A stretch of DNA of 64,000 nt, taken from the NCBI GenBank assembly GCA_002269645.1, contig NIVC01000023.1:124001-188000 (forward strand). Direction: 5' to 3'. A program made the position numbers and the translations under genes. This document shows, piece after piece, positions 15,536 to 25,200 of the stretch (its first letter is position 1; each line of letters begins with the position of its first letter). This DNA comes from Macrostomum lignano. Its lineage: Eukaryota. A model generated the notes under the pieces. It saw nothing but the letters and a program-made list of their open reading frames with translations. It searched no databases and was not told the origin of the DNA.

Positions 15536-17094
15536 TCATATGTCAGCAACCGGCAAGCTTGGGCACAGCAGGCAGTATTTACATTGTGCTACCTCGATCA
15601 TTTTTCCAACCAACCAATTGAATCAATAGAAGCGCAGAAGCCAGTGTCAGCTGCTGTCCTCCTATTAATTTTCAATATTCAAACAAAAACGCATTGTGTG
15701 TTTTTCTCTTTCTTTCTCTCTGCTTTTTAGGTAAGACTTTGAAAACATGCGAGACTTTTTTCTTTAAAGCTAGAGTCGGAAAATTACCAAGTCGTATATT
15801 GAAAGAAAGCAAGTCTTCGAAATTCGTCAATCTTCAATGCGCGTGTATACAGCTTAGTAGCAGTGGAGGCTCTAGAAATAGAGGCTTTAAAAGTCCGAAA
15901 TTTTGTTTCCGTGACCAGGAAACTTAAGTTAAGTCACTGGGTAACTTTAATTTAACTGCTAAATAACTCTAATTCGAGGCTTCTAATTACTGCATCAAGT
16001 TGTTGGAACAATATTATACTGTTGCTACAGAGCGGCAGTCAAACCAGTCTCGGGGCTGGAGGCGTTAGGTTTGAGCGCTTTCAATTATAATCTTTCCTAT
16101 GAATCTCGTATGTTGTTATGCAGCCCACATAATTTTTTCTTAGAAATGAGCTGCAGAGGCCCGTAAGTAACGTATATTTATCGTATTGCTGGCGCATTTA
16201 GTTTACTCTGCTGCATATGTTAGTAGTAATCTATGCAACAGAAATCCCAATTTACGTGTTGCAATTCTATGCAACACTCATCCTTTGGAGAACGCATAGC
16301 GCTAAATGGGTTTTTGCCCGACAAGGCTACAAATAATTCGGTTCGAGAAAAATCTGATCTCTCGAGAGAATACTAAACCAGTTTTATAGATTTTACAAGT
16401 TACAAGCTACGGGCTGAATGGCTACAGGTTTTACAAGCTACAAGGAGGATGGTTTCACAAAACTGCTTGAAAATTTCAACCAAAAACTTCACAAGTTGCT
16501 ATTATTTTGAATCGTCTATGGCTAAAAGGTCAACGTCTCTGAGGACAAGTTGACTTGGACACCCCCATGGATGAATAAAAACATGGATTGCTCGTCTGCC
16601 TTAGATTCAGGGGTGTAATTTTGCCTCGCGAAGCCCCCGTTCGCACCGATTGGCTACTTAAGATTTCTTAGTTGTCTATGGTAAAAACGTAAGTTTTATT
16701 CATCCATGGACACTCCATGCAGAGCGTCGGCTATACATGACGCCCCTTGCCCCTGTAGCCAAATGAAAAGTTTGCTCCTGTAGAAAAGTTTGCCCCTGTA
16801 GCCGAATGAAGAAGCTCGAATACTATCAGACGTACAATTCTTGTACATATTTTCCTCTTGTAATCGATCGAAACCTTGACATATGATTTTGCTGTTAGTT
16901 GACACTTCCCAGAGGAAATTGACCCTCGGTCTTAAGCACAATAATATAGTTGAAGTCAATAAGAACTGGAGTTTGGTTAGTGACATTATAATAACGTGGG
17001 CTTTAATAAGAAATTTACCAGCATGAGCAAAAGAAAACAACTTTTCTACTTGTTAGCCCCTAAAAGTCGAATAATCTGTAGTGAGGATCATGTA

Positions 17095-17370
17095 TATTCT
17101 GCCTCTCCGGTGTTGAGGAATGCGGAGCACTTCATCTGTGCCCGGCCCGCCTTACTCAGGACAGGCTCACCTATCTCGGCCCAAACCCGGACCTTTCCAA
17201 CGTTTTCAGGCCCGAGAATCTCTGCCAGCTCGTCCGCTTACCCAAGGGCTACCGGGCGAGCGACCATCCACCTCCTAGGCTCTCCGGAGAGGGACCGCGC
17301 TGCGAACACCGGCACGTGGTCGCCAAAGGGGTGACATACATGTTGATACATGTTGACATTACCAACTTGA
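17095..17370 (+). mobile_element. Probable decayed 3' end of a non-LTR retrotransposon (C-terminal zinc-knuckle region)
   Basis: Joining frames gives CLSGVEE / AEHFIC / CPA..RLTYLGPNPDLSNVFRPENLCQLVR / RATGR. This resembles the C-x2-C...H-x3-C-P...R..LG...FLR.TG tail of RT-RNaseH LINE ORF2 proteins, but it needs several frameshifts. Confidence 0.45.
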
Positions 17371-17641
17371 TGGGCGTCGTCACTGTATCCGGATGCATCA
17401 AAATGAAACAAATGCAAATTATAACAAACAAATGTGAGAATGCAATGCCAACAGCGCCAAATAGTAAATATATTAACAATAATTGTCTCAGAGTTTATTT
17501 TCATTCTGATTAGCTAACTTCTCTCTGAACAAACATACAACAACAACAACTGTTTTATTTCTGAGAGTTCACGTCTCCAATATTTTGGTTGCTGTCTGGC
17601 GTTCCAAGTGCTACTCCGTTCGTTTGTCAGTTGCCGCGCCA

Positions 17642-18147
17642 TCAGATACGGAGCCGAGAGAACACCAGACCGCGCTTTGAAGCCGGTATAGCGTTTCGCA
17701 AAATCAGCTTCAGCAATGAGTCGACTTTCACATCGACGTCCTTTCCGAGGCCAACCGAAGCTAAGGTCGAGAAGCGCTCCTCCGGCTTCTGCTCAACCGC
17801 AGGCGGCGAAGTTGCTGGCCGTTTAGTCAGCTCCTCTTCCATCTGCTCCGGATCGGCTAGCACGGAATGACGGGCTGAAATCGATTTATTTATGGTAGAT
17901 ATTTAGTTTAGATATTTAGTATAGGAGAATCAGACGCTTCAATGAAAGCAGTCGTGCCCATTCCACTGATCCCGCAGCACTGCTACACAGGGTGTCCACA
18001 GCTCCCCTGACTTTCCCATCCTCAGACAGGCATTGTTGCACAGGCCCCAAATTAATGAGCTATCCCAGACTCACGGTGCAGCAGAGTCAGCAGAAGGCAG
18101 AGCAGAGTCAACCAAGTCCAACGCCGATTACCAACTTGAGCGCACAT
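17642..18147 (-). CDS. Putative secreted peptide precursor (prohormone-like), 101 aa; exons 18147-18075, 17874-17642
   Basis: The spliced product is MCAQVGNRRWTWLTLLCLLLTLLHPRHSVLA-DPEQMEEELT-KR-PATSPPAVEQKPEER-FSTLASVGL-GK-DVDVKVDSLLKLILRNAIPAS-KR-GLVFSRLRI*. Donor C|GTGAGT and acceptor TTTCAG| are in phase 1, there is an in-frame stop upstream of the ATG, and AATAAA lies at 17559-17554. Confidence 0.7.
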
Positions 18148-18892
18148 CTTGTCCAGACTGCCCGTTCGTTGAGAAGTTGTTTTGCCTTGTACTGAGCAGA
18201 AAGTGTCGATTTTGAAATAGAAATCTCCCCAGTCGGTGCTTGGTTATATAGACTTCTGTAGGTGGGGGAGGGGGCTGCATCTCCCAGCTGGCGCCTTTTC
18301 TGTGCGCTGGTTCCGCAAACAAGGCAAAGCCCGACGCTGCACCTGCTACTGCCGACGCTCTGCGCAGAAAATTTCTTTGACTTTGAAGAATCTCCAGCCT
18401 CCAAAAGCCTGTGCTAACGCTATTTGATGGCTCAGGTGAGTGAGACCTAAGAGAAAGAAGGAAATTATATTTAGAAATGGACCAACCGGACATCTGTGCG
18501 CAGAAAATTTCCTACCCAAGATCGAGCCAGCGTCCCGGGTCTTTGCGCCACATCTGTATGGAAATTAAACGCCTGGCTCAACAGCGAGTCTTTGCAAACA
18601 TTTTCCAGCATCGTTTGCACCTGCAGCCAGCTGTCTTCCCGGGTTTCCGACTGATTTTGAAGACATCTTCTGGATTAAAAAGAAGCGCTAAGCGGGTTTT
18701 GGCTGACTGCAACAACAGAATACACTAGTAGTAGGGTATAGGAACAGTTTTATTGTATTTTGCGAATAGCTTTAATAAACATATTAACCATTAATATTGT
18801 TGTTGTTATTAACTGGAGATGACAGCAAAATCATCATGAAAACTGATGTCGAACTGTCTGCATTGAGGTGCCGCAACCCTAAGGTGCGCCGT

Positions 18893-19031
18893 AGCCTACA
18901 TTAACTTGGAGCTGAATTGGAATATCGGCTTGGCTCTGCTCTTGCAATTAACGCCCAGCTTGAGGGCCAACCCCCGAGACACAGTGAAGTGTACATTCCT
19001 AACGATAAATAAAGTTAGGGCCGCTGTACAC

Positions 19032-19065
<34 letters not shown>

Positions 19066-19230
19066 ATGACTGCGTACGTATCCGCGCGCTTGTGTGCCTG
19101 CTCAGGGGAGTCTGCGGAATGGGCAGTGATGCCTCTCGCCGGTTGTGTGACAATGTCGCTTAAAGTGCGCCAGGGTGCACGCAGCCTCAGATTAGAAAAA
19201 TCCTACGGATTGCGGCCCCCTCCAATAAAA
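18893..19230 (+). mobile_element. 5'-truncated copy of the tRNA-SINE family seen full-length at 40970-41328; internal (TG)n expansion
   Basis: Body sequence (AAAGTTAGGGCCGCTGTACAC...GTATCCGCGCGCTTGTGTGCCTGCTCAGGG...GTCGCTTAAAGTGCGCCAGGGTGCAC) is shared with 41040-41310. Confidence 0.9.
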
Positions 19231-19283
19231 TTAGACGGTAACAAGTCACTCAATGTTACAAAACAGTCCATACAGGCGGAAGC

Positions 19284-22200
19284 TTAGAACATCTCCACGG
19301 AAGTGAAGAAGTTGACAATAACAAGCACCAGCACCAGTAGAGCCACGTGGCACAGCGCCAGCTTCGGCAGAGACATCAGCAAGTTCAAGCGTTCCCTACG
19401 CCGCAGGTTCACCATCAGTAGGCAGACAAAGACCAGCATCTCTTGTCGGCCATTCTGGATGACTCGCAGCAGCAGTAGAAACACCGTGTGCGACAGTTTT
19501 GTACTGAGCAGCGGTACTATTCTAAATTCGAACATTCGCTGTAAACTCAGTTTAATCTTCCACCAGGCATTGCAAGATTTGGCTCCTTGAATGAAACTTG
19601 TCGGCGAGCTGAGCAGCAGCGGATACACGTCGTATAGGAGCAGCTCCTGGCTAAGGACGTCGTCTACCGCTAATCTGCCAGTTAGAAGACTTTCGTAGAA
19701 GTTTCCGGCACTGCGCATGTAACTTCCGGTGCTGATCAGGATCATTCTTCCGATGGTTAGAGCGGCTTCTTGCAGCGAAATCAAGCTGCTGCAAAATTGG
19801 AAGCGAATTGGACTGACGTTGTTGTTGCTAAGTAACCTGTCGTTGCTAAGTAACTCGTCGTTGCTAAGTAACCTGTCGTTGCTAAGTAACTCGTCGTTGC
19901 TAAGTAACCTGTCGTTGCTAAGTAACTCGTCGTTGCTAAGTAACCTGTCGTTGCTAAGTAACTCGTCGTTGCTAAGTAACCTGTCGTTGCTAAGTAACTC
20001 GTCGTTGCTAAGTAACTCGTCGTTGCTAAGTAACCTGTCGTTGCTAAGTAACTCGTCGTTGCTAAGTAACCTGTCGTTGCTAAGTAACTCGTCGTTGCTA
20101 AGTAACTCGTCGTTGCTAAGTAACCTGTCGTTGCTAAGTAACCTGTCGTTGCTAAGTAACCTGTTGTTGCTAAGTAACTCGTCGTTGCTGAGTAACCTGT
20201 TGTTGCTGAGTAGCCTGTTGTTGCTAATGTAATTAATGTTGCTAAGTAACCTGTTGTTGCTAATGTAATTAATGTTGCTAAGTAACCTGTTGTTGCTAAT
20301 GTAATTAAAATGTTACTAATGTAATTAATGTTGCTTATGTAAAAGCCGGTGCTAATTTAATATAAACCTTTGTTTCGTAAAATAACATTGATATGAAATA
20401 ATTTCACTGTGGAGTTGCCAATAGCAACGCTCTGAACCACATCGAGCTCAATTCACGGAAAATGTTACTCACTTATGCAACGTAAGGCTGAATATCACTT
20501 GAAAATAATAAGCGCACCGATCCAAGATGCAGTGGGACACAATGAGCAGCAGCAGCAGGCGACAGACCATCCTAGTTTTGTTCACCAACAGGCGTCGGAG
20601 ACCGCGCGATAGGGACTGATTGCGAGTTACTATCGCTTGACTATGCTGCAGCAGGACTGACTTCTGGTCGCTGTTGCTAGGGTAAACTATACTGGACACG
20701 AATGTGGCGCACACAGTTGCTAGGGGACCTAGAAGCCGGGGGATTAGGGATAAACAAAATTATAGTTTTGAATTTTGCAGCCTGATGAACGCAGGGACAT
20801 GCTCATTCCCCGTGTGATGGGAACCCCTGTTAGTGGAATCTCTGCGAAGGGGAATCCCTGCAATGAGAATCACTTTAGGGAATCTTTGTGGAGAATCCCT
20901 TTGAGGGGAATCTCTATGAGGGGAATCCCTGTGAGGGGAATTTCTGTGGGGAAATCCCTGCAATGAGAATCAATTTGGGAATTTTGTGGAGAATCCCTGT
21001 GAGGGTAATCCCTGTGCGGAGAATCCCTTTGAAGGAATCCATTTGAGAGGAATCCCTGTGAGGGGAATCCATTTGAGAGGAATCCCTATGAGGTGAGTTC
21101 CTTTGAGGGGAATCCCTGTGAGGGAAATCCCTCTTTGAGGGGAATCCCTCTTTGAGGGGAATCCCTCTGAGGAGAATCTCTTTGAGGGGATTCCCTGTAT
21201 GGGGAATCTTACTGAAGGAAATCCATGCGAGGGGAATGCTTTCGAAGAGAATTCCGCGGGGAAGTTCTGCTAGGGGTGAATTCCTGTGAGATTAGGGTAA
21301 TTCTTCAGCGAGGGAGAATGTTTATTAAAAATGAAAAAAGCCAAACCTAGCGTGCAAATGATCCTAGAACCCAGCACAAAATCCTTATGCGCCAGGTGAT
21401 AGGGCCTGGCACTGGTGAGAAGGCACTGCACAGATCCGATTAGCAGCAGGCTTTGCATCTCTGATTCAGTGAGTTTCGACAGCTGCGGTCGCAGAATGAG
21501 AATGCTGGTTAGCGGCGGTAGCTGGCAGACAGCCACAAGGAATAGGATAGACTCAACAGGGTCCATCAGGAAGTTGTATCTGCATTGTTGACGGTTTTTT
21601 GTAGTTGCTCTTTGTAAAAGAAATTCATTTCTCTGACTCCCTGAGCACAGACAAGAGCCAATGCTGTACGCAGGGCACGCACTCATCCACACAGCTCACA
21701 CTGGGTGTACAGCGACCCCGACTTTCTAATCAGTCAGGGATGTACACTCTGCTCAGCTGTTCTGCCCGTCTTATTAAAGATTTCTAAAATAGTGTTATTC
21801 TCGAAAAAAATGTTTTAGGTGATTATTTTCCATTTTTCTGTATACAATTTAGGAACCTTTTTTAGACTTACCTAAACAGCACCTGAAGCAGGTTAAGATG
21901 CTTTTGAAAGTTAACCAGCCTCAATAGCAGACTGATGGTCAGTATGTACGCCACGTGCAAGATGTTAGTAAAAAACCTATTTGATTCTCTGAGGCTGTCG
22001 TATTTTTTTAATACTGATTCTAGATCGTCTGAGGTCCTGTTGAACACTTCCACAGATCTGCGTGTTGGTTTGATTCTTTTAGATTGGAATTAGTCGATTA
22101 ACAGGTGTCACTATCTACTGTACACTCCAATCAACAGGTATCACTCACTAGTGCACTCTAAAATCAACAGGTATCACTCACTAGTGCACTCTAAAATCAA

Positions 22201-25200
22201 CAGGTATCACTCACTAGTGCACTCTAAAATCAACAGGTATCACTCACTAGTGCACTCTAATCAACAGGCATCACTCACTAGTGCACTCTAATCAACAGGT
22301 ATCACTCACTAGTGCACTCTAATCAACAGGCATCACTCACTAGTGCACTCTAATCAACAGGTATCACTACTCACTAGTGCACTCTAATCAACAGGTATCA
22401 CTCACTAGTGCACTCTAAAATCAACAGGTATCACTACTCACTAGTGCACTCTAATCAACAGGCATCACTCACTAGTGCTCTCTAATCAACAGGCATCACT
22501 CACTAGTGCTCTCTAATCAACAGGCATCACTCACTAGTGCTCTCTAATCAACAGGCATCACTCACTAGTGCACTCTAATCAACAGGCATCACTCACTAGT
22601 GCACTCTAAAATCAACAGGTATCACTACTCACTAGTGCACTCTAATCAACAGGCATCACTCACTAGTGCTCTCTAATCAACAGGCATCACTCACTAGTGC
22701 TCTCTAATCAACAGGCATCACTCACTAGTGCACTCTAATCAACAGGTATCACTACTCACTAGTGCACTCTAATCAACAGGTATCACTACTCACTAGTGCA
22801 CTCTAATCAACAGGTATCACTCACTAGTGCACTCTAAAATCAACAGGTATCACTACTCACTAGTGCACTCTAATCAACAGGCATCACTCACTAGTGCTCT
22901 CTAATCAACAGGTATCACTCACTAGTGCACTCTAAAATCAACAGGTATCACTCACTAGTGCACTCTAAAATCAACAGGTAATCAAGTGTTTATACCTGAT
23001 AGCCTGAAAGAAAAATATTGGCATTTGCCACGCTGTCAAAATCAAATCGTGGATGTTGAGAATTTTATTAATAAACAGTAGAGACACCGCCAGGCACATC
23101 AGGTGGAAGGCCTTGAACCAGAGAACAGATTTTAAACTGGTTGACAGGACGCAGCTTAATAGAAATACGTGTAGAAATGCTGAAAAAACGTTTTAAGAAT
23201 TTAAATTTGACTTTGATAAGATAATACGGAAACAGACTGGCAAATTGAAAACAGACTGGCAAATTGAAAACAGACTGGCAAATTGGAAACAGACTGGCAA
23301 ATTGAAAACAGACTGGCAAATTGAAAACAGACTGGCAGACTGGAAACAGACTGGCAAATTGAAAACAGACTGGCAAATTGAAAACAGACTGGCAGACTGG
23401 AAGCAGACTGGCAGATTGGAAACAGACTAGCAAATTGAAAACAGACTGGCAGACTGGAAGCAGACTGGCAAATTGAAAACAGACTGGCAGATTGGAAACA
23501 GACTGGCAGATTGGAAACAGACTGGCAAATTGGAAACAGACTGGCAGATTGGAAACAGACTGGCAGATTGGAAACAGACTGGCAAATTGGAAACAGACTG
23601 GCAGATTGGAAACAGACTGGCAGATTGGAAACAGACTGGCAAATTGAAAACAGACTGGCAGATTGGAAACAGGCTGGCAGATTGGAAACAGACTGGCAGA
23701 TTGGAAACAGACTGGCAAATTGAAAACAGACTGGCAGATTGAAAACAGACTGGCAGATTGGAAACAGACTGGCAGATTGGAAACAGACTGGCAAATTGAA
23801 AACAGACTGGCAGATTGGAAACAGACTGGCAGATTGGAAACAGGCTGGCAGATTGGAAACAGACTGGCAGATTGGAAACAGACTGGCAAATTGAAAACAG
23901 ACTGGCATATTGAAAACAGACTGGCAGATTGGAAACAGACTGGCAGATTGGAAACAGACTGGCAAATTGAAAACAGACTGGCAGATTGGAAACAGACTGG
24001 CAGATCGGAAGCAGACTGGCAGATTGGAAACAGACTGGCAAATTGGAAACAGACTGGCAGATTGAAAACAGACTGGCAGACTGGAAGCAGACTGGCAGAT
24101 TGGAAGCAGACTGGCAGATTGGCTAATTGTCTCACCAATAAGGAGCTGCCATCGAATCAGCAGTTGTTCCATTCTGGTGTCCACCATGACGCAGATGATG
24201 CAGAGCAGGATCGGGACGCAGTTGCAGACGAGCATGAGCAGACGGCTGCGCAGAAACGACTCAAACAGATAGCAGATGTGGTAGCTTATTGGCTTTGGCC
24301 TGTCTTTGATGGCTGGTGTAATTAATAATCACAAATTTATTAACTAGAATTGTCTTTACTAAACTAAAACAATATTAGTTAACAGGGTCACGTTATTGGC
24401 GCAGTAAGAGGTTATGGCGCCACCTAAAGGACTCAATAAAGAGTGGCGCCACCTGAAGGACTCAATAAAGAATGGCGCTACCTGAAGGACTCAATAAAGA
24501 ATGGCGCTACCTGAAGGACTCAATAAAGAATGGCGCCATCTGAAGGATTCAATAAAGAATGGCGCCACCTGAAGGATTCAATAAAGAATGGCGCCACCTG
24601 AAGGATTCAATAAAGAATGGCGCCACCTGAAGGATTCAATAAAGAATGGCGCCACCTGAAGGATTCAATAAAGAATGGCGCCACCTGAAGGACTCAATAA
24701 AGAATGGCGCCACCTGAAGGACTCAATAAAGAATGGCGCCACCTGAAGGACTCAATAAAGAGTGGCGCCACCCGAAGGTTTCAATAAAGAATGGCGCCAC
24801 CTGAAGGATTCAATAAAGAATGGCGCCACCTGAAGGATTCAATAAAGAATGGCGCCACCTGAAGGACTCAATAAAGAATGGCGCCACCTGAAGGATTCAA
24901 TAAAGTAACGGCGCCACCGGAAGGACCCAATAAAGAATGGCGCCACCTGGAGGGCGTTGATTTTCAAAGAATACAAAATTTTGAGTACGTCGGCTCACAA
25001 TTGGGATCCGTGGTTTGCAGCAGACCATACAAATGCCTAATCCGGCTCATGATATGACACGTTGCCATGGTGATAGTTCGAAGCGCAATAAAGTCGGTGA
25101 ACCGAATAGCTAATTTTCGAATCGAGCTGGCGAGCGCAGTAAAAAACAAGCAGGTAAAACCAAGGATCCCGTAGCAAATGATTTTATTCGGATAAATGGG

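Noticed and set aside
23068-24325. 200-356-aa ORFs in the 19-bp array (also 30788-31689)
   Set aside because: The unit is not a multiple of 3 and is stop-free in all minus frames by composition; read-through from exon 3 ends in a premature stop.
25061-25074. Strong X-box GTTGCCATGGTGAT
   Set aside because: Lies inside coding exon 2 and is explained by codons; no independent support.
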